DNA of 63,022 nt, counting the filler, from Platydemus manokwari (Eukaryota): NCBI GenBank assembly GCA_037951405.1. It is 5 parts of 5 records of this genome, joined end to end, with 100 filler letters (N's around TTAATTAATTAA, not from the genome) between each part and the next. Parts side by side here need not be neighbours in the genome. Positions count along the whole stretch, not along the records: positions 9,998 to 19,930 come from JBBMOY011187655.1; positions 20,031 to 43,395 come from JBBMOY011100330.1; 3 more parts are not named here. One strand, written 5' to 3'. A program made the translations under genes and the position numbers. The notes beneath the pieces were generated by a model, which did no database searches, was not told where the DNA came from, and saw nothing but the letters and a program-made list of their open reading frames with translations. Below, in pieces: positions 11,711-23,650 of this stretch. The number at the start of each line of letters is the position of its first letter. Positions within the stretch are counted from its first letter, which is position 1.

Positions 11711-12930
11711 TTAATTAATACTTTTTGTGGGTTTATGTGGAAATATATTACTAATAAATAAACTTATTTCATACATGGAATCAGATTCTTGAATCTTTAT
11801 CTCATTTAAGTAAACATAATATTTAACATTTTCATTAAGTGATACTTGTTTATTAAATTCGTAAATTAATAATCTTGGTTTTGAAGAAATTCCTTTTCTA
11901 TTTGTAGTAAAGTATTTATTTATCCATGTTGTTTCTTGCTCAACCATATTATCTAGGACATAATTAACATTTTTTGTTCCAATATAACTTACTTGACCTG
12001 AAACATGATGTACAACAAAAACAAAAGTAAATATTTTTGAAGTTTCGTCTTCATACATCTTTACAATTTTTTTATATTTTCTAGGAAATTTTTCTTCAAA
12101 AGTAAAATCACCACGTACTCCATTGATAGATTTTTTACTATTCCAAAAACAATACTAATTTGTTCGATTTAAATCATAACTATATTTTACATAATTTTCA
12201 TAATTTTTAGGAAGGTCGTCCTTAAAAATTACATTGTCACAAATATAACAAGTGGAATAATTTTTGTACCTTTTTACAAAAGACATTCAGTAGTCATTTT
12301 TGATTTATTAATTTCATCTTTATAAAGCTTAACTAATGCTTTTAAATCAGAAATGATTTCTGATAACTTATTGATTTCTGTTCTATCTTTAACTATTAAA
12401 ATAAAATCATTAATTAATTAATTTAATTTGTCTCCCAAATTAATCTCTAAAATAATTTTCCATCATTTCTACAAATTCTTCTTCGGTTTTTGCTTATATC
12501 GATTTAATAAATTTATTTGATCAGATATTAATTTTATTTCAGCTTTGCTTATTTTTGTATTTCTTTATATTAGTTTAATTATTGAATCCTACAGTGTTTG
12601 AAGGTTAACAATACTTTCTTTGTTTTTAGTAATTGATTTTTCATTATTTGTAATTAATCCTTTTGTAGACGCGCGATTTCTACTTGATACTGATAAATGA
12701 TTTATAAATATGATTTAATATCATCAACATATTGTTTGTTTACACAGCATTTGCTGAATTTTCAGGATTTCCTAAATCAGTTATTTTATGATTTCCCATT
12801 CCTAAATCATCCTTCCTAAAATCACCTTCTTCATTAACATATTTTTTATCATAGGCTCTTTCTTTAGTATTCATCACATCTTGCAAATCTTTCATATTAT
12901 TTATTGAACTATTATCAAAAAAGTGATGTA
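11711..12930 (-). pseudogene. Fibre/spike-like protein, copy B, with a distinct C-terminal (head-like) region (ORF 11711-12058)
   Basis: MKDLQDVMNTKERAYDKKYVNEEGDFRKDDLGMGNHKITDLGNPENSA..(V)NKQYVDD aligns with the copy A N-terminus; the downstream sequence does not visibly align with copy A. Confidence 0.55.
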
Positions 12931-12949
12931 TATGTTTGAAGTTGATTTC

Positions 12950-13357
12950 TCATATTATTAATAATGTAATCAAATTTTAATCCATGATCTAAACGATATA
13001 AAACATACATTGATAATTGTCCTCATAATTCTCCTTCGATTTGTATTTGAATATTATTATAAAAAAAGTCTTCTTTAAAAAATTATAAACCTCTTTAGTT
13101 AGTAAAATTCCATAAGGATCAAAATAAATGTTATGATGATTACTTATGGAAACCCAATGAGAACCTTTTTCTTTGGTAGTTTTTAAATTCATGATGATAT
13201 ATACTTTATTTGTGTCTATTAATTCATCTCTCATATTGATCTTTTCATCTAAATTTAAATCATCAGCAATATCCTTTAAATAAAAATTAGCAGTTTTATA
13301 AATTCCATATTTAGCTAGAAAATTTATCAAATCTAGAGACAAGGGAACTTCGTTCAT
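12950..13357 (-). pseudogene. Adenain-like cysteine protease, copy B
   Basis: IIMNLKTTKEKGSHWVSISNHHNIYFDPYGIL (catalytic His and Asp). A frameshift follows, then YNNIQIQIEGEL*GQ, with the Cys codon mutated to TGA. Confidence 0.85.
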
Positions 13358-13378
13358 TTTTTAGGATTAAATTTGAAG

Positions 13379-14083
13379 CTAGACCTGTTTGAGATGAAGG
13401 TGTAGTGATATTTTTTTTCACTAAAATCAATTAAATTACGATTTTGATCTCTAATTTTGAAAGTTATGTCTGAAATACATTTAGTAGATATTGGAAAACA
13501 GATTACTTGATTTACTTCTATTATATATAAATGACTAAGTGGAACACTATTGGCTGGAAAACTATGAATAACATTTGTTCTTTCACCATAGAAGTTTTTT
13601 CGTGATACATAGCTTCCATATGCTATTGAACATTCAACATTTATTAATGTAAGATTTGTGATATTTATTTTATTTTCCGATAAATGATTCCCGGGTTTTG
13701 AAATCCTAAAACAGAACCCAAAGTAATAAATTTTATATTTCCTTTCGTGATTAATTTACATTTAAGTGTTTCTTTATCAGGTTCTATAGAAACATTATAT
13801 ATTGGATTTTTAATTTTATCTGTTTGAATAACATTTCCAATTTCATTCTCACCAACATGTTTTTGTAAACTTTCACTTATATCTATAATTTCTTTAGCAC
13901 CTGGTGAAATGAAATATTCTTTGTCATTGTATAAAGATTTATTATTATTATCATTAATATTATAAACAGAATTAAATACACTTATTGTCATTAAACCAAT
14001 TTCATATTCAAATCTTTCATCTAGTTTTAGAGGAACTGAAGAACTAAATTCCCATTCTGATTTTTACTGGTAAATATTATTAT
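13379..14083 (-). pseudogene. Minor capsid protein (penton), copy B
   Basis: ORF 13665-13991 and its flanks align with copy A throughout (NSVYNINDNNN; IEPDKETLKCKL; KFITLGSVLGF; RDQNRNLIDF..LHLHLKQV). Confidence 0.85.
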
Positions 14084-14088
14084 TGTAC

Positions 14089-14529
14089 TGTATTTCTCTG
14101 ATAAAATATTTATTTCCCAAAAATACGATTATATAAATAATATAAATTTTATTAATTAATAAATTTTTATTTTTTGAACCGTATAAAGAGTTTTACATAA
14201 ATATTTACATAAAAATCACAAAATATTTACAAATAAATCAAGAAGTAAAATAAAATCACTAAAGAGTTAAGTCACAAATCAATTGCCTTCATCGATGTTC
14301 ACTTGCCATCTCTGCAGTCTTTGATAGAATTGAAACTTGGATCGTTGATATTTGTTTCTTATCTTCAGGTAGACTGTAGATAAGGATTGAGGTGACCTCA
14401 TTGATCGATGTTGAGAAGATATTATTGATGATTAAGTTGAAGGTGATTAAGTTAATTGAGTTGAAGATGATTGAGTTGATTCGGCACTGTAACATAATAT
14501 TGGAAATTTTAGTTACCATCCGAGTTACA
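14089..14529. repeat. Possible solo LTR or TE fragment truncating the Polinton
   Basis: Abrupt junction at the penton 5' end, TGTA...TACA ends and an LTR-like composition. No TSD found. Confidence 0.3.
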
Positions 14530-17500
14530 TAGAGGTTCTATTTATTTGTTCGCCATTTTTTCCAGGTGAAATTAGAAATTTTTTATACTAAATTTGGGTT
14601 TAATATTTTTAAACCAGAGTAATTATGCACTTATGTTATCCGATAAATTTAAAGATAATAACTCATAATTAATAGCATTGCGAAATAAAACTCTTTCAGA
14701 ATTAATAATAATAATGTTTTCCTATTTTATTCACGCAAGTTAAAGTAATGTTTAATTGAAAGAAATTGTTCGAGTTATTAAATTAATTTCTTATTCTTCT
14801 GTTATGCGACTAAAAATATTAAAAAATTTATACTAATAAATAACAATTAGAATATTAATATCTACAGCTGTTAAATATCAAACTTTCCAACAATTATCAC
14901 CATAAAATAAATCCAACAAACGAAAAGAGAATGATAATTACTAAAACAAAATTATTATTTCTAAAAGTAAATATTAAAAAAGAAAAATGATGAATAAAAT
15001 GACAACGAAGAGGTTTTTTCTGAAGATGTTGCGTTGTGTTTGATGTTTTAAGCTGATGTTATGATTTTTTAACTTAACAATGTGAGTTCTTGTTCTATTA
15101 TTTGTTTTATTAAATAGTCAAATAAATCTATCGAATTGAACAGGAAAACGAATATTCAGGATTCTCAGAACAAATTATGATTATAGGATATGCATAGGAT
15201 AATCATTGTAATCTTAATAGTAATTTTATCAGTAACTACGAAAATTGTACCAAGCAACGGTAAATGCTTTGTAAGTTGAGACAACACAGAGAGAACTCAA
15301 AATACTCAATTTTAGTAAAAGGACAGTATATATGTTCTTTTGTATAGGTTCTTTTATAAAAGATTATTGATTGATATTAATGATTATTTTTATTCTAAAA
15401 TGACAGACAAGCCAACAGTGACAGATTTATCCAGAATTCTGAAGAAAAAAGAAATGTCTGTGAAAAGACACTGAAGGCTTGTATCTTGCAAAATAACGGG
15501 AACTTTTGATTATTCGACAATTTTATTTTGGTAAAGTTATTTCCATTTGAATAAAAGAGCAGTTCCAAGTTGCATAAGGTGATCATTGGAGACTGTCATG
15601 TAATTTTTTGTGCTAAACTATGTTTCATTGTTCTCTTAATTGAATATATTTATTTTACCATATTCGGTCTTCTCAATTGAAATTGATTGATATGTTATTT
15701 CATAAAAGCTGAGTCCAACTAAAATCAAACTAGAACCATCGGATTTGAAATAAAACAATAAACATAATGAACCGGTATTTTTATTTTATTGAATATCAAT
15801 GCTTTTATTAAACGAATATTGATGAGTAAGACAAAAATAATTGTGAAAAATATCAAGTAATTTTATATAACAATATAATTTTTACAATATAATGATTTTT
15901 ATCGATTTTTGTTTATTGTTAATCAATTCCAAAGAGCTAAAATCGATAATTTATAGTAAACCTACAAATGAAACATATATTAGAAATAAATCATAAAGAA
16001 AAGCCATTAAAATAAAACCCATTAACAAGTCAATTATGGCTAAAAATAAAATCACGCGCCAATAAATAATTTAATATTTTACATAACAATTAATAATAAG
16101 AGCTATCAGAATAAATAACAATAAACCCATATTAAATCAAAAATAATTTGCCACATAAAATAAACGCCGCATAAATAATCCTAGAAAATCCACTGGACCA
16201 ATTCATCACTCCAAACCAGTATAAATAGTCTCGCAAACCTTAAGCATGCCGACGGAATTTTGCTGAAACGGCTAGTAAATTTGCTCAAGTTATTGCAAGT
16301 CCATTTTATCAGAACGAAAACTATTCAACTCAGTGAAGAAAACAAAGCATATACATTGCGAAGTCCAACGTCAATCTAGACCGATGAAATACAATTGTCT
16401 ATAGTTCTATGTGAAACCATTTGCATTCCTATTTCGACCTAATAGTTAAACCGAAGTTTATCTGCAAGAATTAACCACAACCGAAAAGTAGTTAATATTC
16501 TACAACTTCATATTTTGACCTTTATAATAATTCGTATTTATATTGCTCTCTTGACAGTTTCTACCACTCCAATTTTACTCATGGGTTTCATTTATCGCAG
16601 ACTCGTCTAGAATTGTAGTGTCCAAAATACCACAATGCATGCCTTTCTGAGGATATTTAAAATTCGATGCAGGAAAAATTGAAAATCATAAAGTATGTAG
16701 GATATTTTAAAATAATATTTATCATATATTTTAATTTATAATACCCTGAATTAAAATCAAAATTAACCTCTAAAAACTTGTCAGTGTTAAAAATTTTATA
16801 AGTTGATAAATAGAATTTTATAAATTATAATCTAAGTTCAAAATGCGAATGTATAATTTGTAAAAAGTTGATGATATAAGCTTGACATTAAAATAAATCA
16901 AAAGGGTTTTAAAATGTGAATTCTAGCAGAAAAAGATTGTTGACGCTAATAATTCTTGGATAATATAATCAATAATATTTGAAATATATAAATACTAATT
17001 ATATTAAGACTAATACAGATTACGGCAAGTCCACAAAATATATTTGATTTAAATAAATGAAATTTTTCCGAGCTGGCAAATATATAATATAAATCCATTG
17101 AATACGAAAAATTCCTCAAGGAAACAGTAAAGGGCGTACCACCATAGTGACCGGATAAGACTCTATAAAAAATGAAGGTAAACTTATTAAGTTTTAAAAG
17201 ACCACAAGACTAATAATAACCGTGCGTGTGTAATTAATTCAAATAACAGCAAAGAATTTACTCATTGTTTCTTGCGTATCCTTCGAAAAATAATGAATAA
17301 CAAAAGATAAAGAATTGCCTAATAGAAATTTCTTCGATAGCTTCTTAGCTTCTATTGAATGAAACTTGTATTGGAAAATCGTTTGTAATAAAATTGCATG
17401 ATAAAATAAAACTTGTAAGATTTAACTGCAAATTTTGTGATAGAATTTATATGCAAGCATTGTCTGGTTCCATTTGCTTATTTAAATTTATTAGCCATTG

Positions 17501-18202
17501 TCATATGAGTGTTTTTTCCAAAAGTATAAACCTAAGTCAACAATCTATATTCAAAAATGAAGTTGCTTATACAGAGCGATTTAACATAAAAAAATTGCTT
17601 ATATAGAGGTTACTTATATAGAATGTTGCTGTATATCACTTTGGCTTGTTTGTTAAAAGTTGTCTCTTTTTTTAGTACCATTTGCACTTTAGTTCTATAC
17701 TTAATTTCAACTAGTAATTTTAGTTGAAAATTTCTATCTAATTAGAGTGGTCTATTTCTAGTACTGCCGTAGTTACTAAAATTACACAGTGGCTAGGTTT
17801 TTTCATGACCTTGAGGTCTAAAAAACAATTTCTTTTTTGGATATATATATATATAAACAAATATTTATTTTTAATTTTGAAAACCTATATAGTCGCTATT
17901 TTGAGTGACAAATATTTTTATTATTTATTTATTTTTATTATTATTTAAGAAATTTTGAGTGTTTATTTGCATATAAATTTTTTAATAATGTATTTTTTCA
18001 TTTTTTATAGTAATTTAATTTTTCGGTTTCTGAAATTACTGAGTTGCGATATTGACAAAAAAGAAATTTACGCTACCCCCAAATTATCAATTTTATATTG
18101 TTATTCGTATTATTTTGGTGGTAACAAGTAACACAATTTATTATTATTATTATGCAGTATTCGTTTTCCTAGCCTCTAATTTTTTAGGAAGTTTAAAAAT
18201 TA

Positions 18203-18671
18203 TAATAGAATACTCCTCTTAGCTACCAGTTCTGTTAACTATCACATTTTTTGAAAAATGTTTTAATAATTTATTCTTATTCTTGATACGATAACGTTGT
18301 TTTAATATTAGTTGTTTATGAAAAATATTTCATTGGACTTTATTTTAGGCAAACGAAAGTGTGTAGAGTTAACTTTTGTTGAAAAAGTTGAAATTTTGAA
18401 GTACATTGAATCTTATCTTGTATATTCAGGGAAAAGAAAATAAACTTTCAAGAAGTACTATCAGTCATATCAGAAGCAACAAGGATTTTTTATTCAAAAT
18501 CCTGATCTTGTAGACAAACGTGATTGGCAAATTCTAGTTTTATAGCTTAATCTTTTAGACCAAGAATTGTCCGCATGGGTTGATAGATTTGAAGAAAGAG
18601 GTACTATAATTCCTCTTAACCGCCACATTTTTGCAATTCCCCAAATGTGGCGGTAAGGAGGAGTAATATTG
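18203..18671 (+). mobile_element. pogo/Tigger-like deletion derivative
   Basis: GKRKCVELTFVEKVEILKYIES (Psq-type HTH) and LDQELSAWVDRFEERG (CENP-B HTH). Degenerate TIRs (..TACTCCTCTTAGCTACC / GGCGGTAAGGAGGAGTAATATTG) ending in TA. Confidence 0.65.
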
Positions 18672-19930
18672 TAGTTTTCTAATTTTGAACTTATTTGTAT
18701 AATAAAATGTAATTTAATAGTATCACCTCGTTTTCAGTAATTTTTATAACACCCATTATCGTATTTGTATTAATAAATGTTGATATTATATTTAAAAGTT
18801 TTATCAATCAGGTTAATAATATTTTGCAAATTAAGAGAGTTATAACATGTCAGTCAATATATTGGGGACTCGAAAAATTAAAAGTTAAACTGTATCAATT
18901 TAATCAATCCAACCGCATCCAGTGTTGTTCCAGTTGATTAACTGAAAAACATTTTTGATACATTGTGTATCAATTATTTTATTTTGTTTATAAATCTATC
19001 AATCTTCTTATAGTAACAACCTTGTATTTCAATGTTTAAAAGTGTCAATTTTTATTTTCGCTTGGTTGTACAAATGTACCAATTTTATTTATAACGCTTT
19101 ATACTGAATTGAAATTTTCTGAAGTATTAATTTTTATAAAAACTTCTGGATAAAATAATTATGATAATAATAAAAATAATTGTAATAATAATAAATGGAC
19201 ATGGAAATAATTATAAAAGTTAAAGCTTCAAGGATATTGTGAGAAAATAGTTTAATATATTATATTATTTATACCGATAATCTTTAGTAGAAATTTTATT
19301 GTATAAATTTAATATCCCATTGGAATTAAATTAAATGTATCCAAATTGTCCATGTAGCGTGACGTTTACAATACAATCTTCAAATCGTGTCATTAGGGGT
19401 AAATCATCACAATTTCTCCCATTTACTAGTTGAAACCACTAGCTCGTATCAAATTCTTTTCATATTTCCAAGAAGCATTCGTTAAAACCGTTAATTCATT
19501 TGTATATGCCAATTAACGTGAGTTCGATCATTATTTAACAAATTTATAGGTATTATAAAAGCCTTGAATATTTCGTATTATCGAGTTGTATCTCACATCC
19601 TTGAAGATACTTTTGCTCCAAGAGAAGGAGTTTATAAACAGTCTCCTTATCCAGAAGTTTGATAGAAATTTTCGTGTAAACTTCGTTGTTATTTAACCAT
19701 TGTTTTATTTAGTTTGTAATATTTTATATTCGGTGTCCGATTGTAATTGTTGTATCAATAAACGTTTTATAAATCCCAAATTTGTCTGTTTATTGATTGA
19801 ATATAAAGTTTTGAGATTGATAGTTTTAAAATCATTAGATCATTGTTGCCGTTTGTTAGCCGCTACTACTATTTTAAAAACCAAAAACTAAAATCAAACC
19901 AAAAAAGTCAAGACACAATCAATTCTATTT

Positions 19931-20030
19931 NNNNNNNNNNNNNNNNNNNNNNNNNNNNNNNNNNNNNNNNNNNNTTAATTAATTAANNNNNNNNNNNNNN
20001 NNNNNNNNNNNNNNNNNNNNNNNNNNNNNN
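19931..20030. other. Artificial assembly spacer
   Basis: N44-TTAATTAATTAA-N44. Confidence 0.97.
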
Positions 20031-21399
20031 ATTTGTTATTACACTAGGATAATATATTCTCTTATTTAACTTCATACTTAAATCATATTAATTTTATTAA
20101 ACGACTTTTTTATTTTTGTCACAAATGAATAACTATTTTAAACTCAAGTCATTCAGTAGCCCATTTGATAGTACAAAAATGAAAATAGAAAGGAAGATTA
20201 GAAAAGCCCAACCAAAAAGAAAACGAGAAAAGCAGAAAGTAAACTATCTTTATGCTGCATTTGAGCCTTATATTTTTTATTTCTATTTTATTGTTGAATA
20301 ATTTTATATTGAGAATCACGGTTGTTTTAATCAGTCTCTGTGAGTTTTGTTAAGGCCTCAAATGCAATTTTACCTGTAGGAGTAAGATTTTGAACTTGAT
20401 CTAAAGTACAGTCTGATGACAGTAAGGGTGACAGCAGTGATCCTTTTAACTTTACATCAGTCTCAAGATTAAACTTAGCCTTAATATGTCTTGCTAAAGC
20501 TATTCTTATAGCTATTGACAATATTAGTCTTTTATTTTAATAGATCAAAAACCAAATTGTTAAATAAAACGTTTATCATAAGCCAACTATTGAAGCAACA
20601 TCAATAAAATATAAAACTGAGATGTAATTTTAAAATACGATTTACACCAAATATTATCAATTTACTTTGTAGACGGTTTATAGACTCCACATTCTTGGAG
20701 TAAAACCAATTACCTATGCGATTTGAGACAAATCTCGATAATATAAGATTAACGAAGACTATAGTATTGGTCTGTTGCTTACATAGGCAATTGCTTACAT
20801 AGAACTACTGGTAAATGGTGGGGCAATTAAAAAGCATATTCACAATGAACAGAAATCATCCTAACAACAAAGGGTAAAATTTAGTGGTTTTTTAATATTA
20901 TGCATCTCTAGTGGTTTCAAAAATGAATAAGGGCAACTGATCTTTCCCCCTATTTATATGATTCGTTTTTTGTGTGCTTTTATCCCTTTTGATTAATTAT
21001 TTATTCCATTGAATTTGTTTTATTCTCATTGTATTTCTATTGTCAGATAAATTTTGTTTTTGTGATTAATTCGAGAATTATTATAATTATTCAAAAATCT
21101 TATCATTATTATTTTTAAAAATTTATTGATGATTTTATTTTTCTTTAATCATTTTAGAATTAATATAAAAGATTTTTAATCTTCATTATTATTAATTTCA
21201 TATTTACTATTAATAACCACGATTGATTAATTTGAACCGTGACTTTTTTCTGGTCAAAAGATAGAAATATAAAATTTGTTACAAGATTATAGTATTGATA
21301 TACTTTAAAAATATTGTTACGATTAAATTATATTGAGAAAATTTAATACAATTGGTACATTTATACGTACTCTAGTGCAAATGTAACTCTTTCATATAG

Positions 21400-23650
21400 C
21401 TACACTGAAAATTGTCAATGTTACAGTATTAATGTCGTTTTCCCAGAACCAAAGAATTTAAGAGATAAAAACAACAAGAATCATTTATGACACTTAAAAT
21501 AATTTAATACCGTTAAATACATTAATATTCCGATATCCAGCAGGACTCCAACACATTGAAGTTCCGACATATGAGGATAATATGAAAGGATGTTTAATGG
21601 AATTGGCTGAACACGCCAAAATAAAAGTAAATTTTCATCAAGAACAATATGCATTAAAACGATGAAAAGCCCAAGGATCATGAATGGAAATTTGGTGAAA
21701 AGGTAAGGATTTATAATATAGAAGTAAAAAAGGATTATCTCTAAAACTTTATTGAACCCTCAGGGAACAATACCAGGTGGTTCGAGGATATAATCCAAAC
21801 CCACGATTGGTGGATTGTAAAGGGCAAATGACAGACCAATTATTATGGATGCAAATAGATACCAAAGGCAGAGAAGGGTGTCAAAAAGAAAGTGAAGAAA
21901 TAAGACAAGTAGAAAAACGTTTAAACTAGGAACAAGCAAGCCATCATTAAAGGAAATCAAAAGATAAAATCTTAAAATAAATTTACTACCATTTAATAGA
22001 TATATTATGACACAGCCTATGCTTGGCTATCATATAATGTTATACAATATCAGCACCATAATAGAATGAAAAATAGCATAGAAAATCTAGGAAGAAGGAA
22101 AAAGTGGAATAAAAATGATGTTTATGTGGCATATGAAAGAATATTAGAAAAAAGTTTTGCCAAACCTGGGATAAGATATAATATCCTTTTTTCAGATCAC
22201 TAGACAAGAAAATCAAAGTCAAAAAATAATATTCAAAGATGAAATTGGAAAAGACAGAAATCTTGGTGAAGTAAACGATGATCTTTATAGGTGCTATAAG
22301 GCTGAGGTTGCCAACTTTTGTGTACGTAAGATCGACTTTTCATTTGAATAACATCTCACGCGATCGACTAAAATTGGCTTCAAGATCGACCAGTCGATCG
22401 CGATCGACCGGTTGGCCACCTCTGCTATAAGGCATTGAGAAGATTACGCCCTCAAATAAAGTGTAGCTTGATTATCCCTACAGGAAATGAAGAATGATAC
22501 CAATAACAGTAACCACGCACCTCATTTCAAAAGACTATCTCAGCGTTATATCAGTAAATGAATATATTCTAATTATTTGGAGGCGAGAAAAACACAATTT
22601 TCAAGAGACATAAAAGCATCTAAACGAAATGAAACGCATTTATATTATGGAATAACGAAAACTAATATTTATTCATATAATTTATCTTGAAGGGCATGTA
22701 AATAGATGGCTTTTCAATTTCGCTTTAGATCAGCAGCTAAAATTATCATAATTAACAAATTTTTTTTATTCAGCAATGACAGAACAAATCTTGAATTATT
22801 ATCACAGTTTTAAGTATATATTAAACTTCTACAGAGAACTTTAGCATTCCATAGCTGAAAACCCAAGTGGATTATCATCAATCGACTACAAAAATCCCAA
22901 ACAGGCTCAAAAACATCATCCATGATCGATCAGAACAAGTACACGTCACAAACTATGCAATCTGGTTCCCTTGCAATATACAGTGGACGAAGCGCAGGAA
23001 AAGAAGAGGTATGAATTTTGTATCCGTGACACTCAAACTCATCTAAAAATAAAATAAGATTATTTGTAAAAAGATATAACGTGGAAAGAAACACAACTGT
23101 ACAAGTCTTATGAGCAGAAGAAATGTATCGACTCAATGAGATAACCACAGTCTCACAAAACCTTCCCAAAGTAATCATAATAGAACACTGCTACCATCAA
23201 ATAAAGAACAGAAGCCACTACAACCACACTGATCCGAAACACCTTGTTTACGGATTATCACAAATATGCTACATTAGGTGCCAGCATTCACAAATGACCA
23301 TATACAGGAAATAAAAATATTTGTAAATCTTATCCTGGCATTTGGAAAGGACCCGAACAATTGGCCAAATTACTTCAATTTTTAAATAACCCCAAGGATG
23401 AAAATAGACCATTTTGAAACTAAGGCCTATGGTCTATGCGAGCATCTATTGGAGGGATGGATGGACGAATATCAGATGGAATAATGACACAAATATGTAC
23501 TTAAATTTCCACTTTCGAATCAGCACTAACCACAAGAAGGATTCGTAACTCCTGCATTATAGATACTCACAATGAAGGTACACATACAAAAAACGAAGAA
23601 AAACCCAGCTTTAAAAAAGCTATTTTATTGAGTCTCGGACGAAAGGAGTC
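21400..23650 (+). mobile_element. Highly decayed Ty3/Gypsy pol region (RT/RNase H/integrase remnants)
   Basis: Purine-rich + strand with short broken motifs: RNase H-like DLYRCYKALRRLRPQI across the MITE insertion site, and integrase-like LAFGKDPNNWP near 23340. Many stops. Confidence 0.45.
22302..22424. mobile_element. 123-bp hAT (Buster/Charlie-type) MITE
   Basis: Perfect 8-bp TSD CTATAAGG (22294-22301 and 22425-22432, nnnTAnnn). TIRs CTGAGGTTGCCAAC / GTTGGCCACCTCTG, with repeated subterminal GATCGAC motifs. Confidence 0.93.

Larger units (their letters stand above)
5513..14083. mobile_element. Endogenous Polinton/Maverick (adintovirus-like) locus: two diverged, decayed partial copies (A ~5513-9897, B ~9998-14083)
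   Basis: Intronless, tightly packed ORF remnants for pPolB, MCP, penton (x2), adenain (x2), fibre-like (x2), core-like, TM protein and HNH. The order penton-adenain-fibre is the same in both copies. No TIRs, integrase or packaging ATPase seen. Confidence 0.9.

Noticed and set aside
17785-17830. CACAGTG heptamer suggesting a Transib or RSS end
   Set aside because: No properly spaced nonamer, no partner TIR, no 5-bp TSD and no transposase found.
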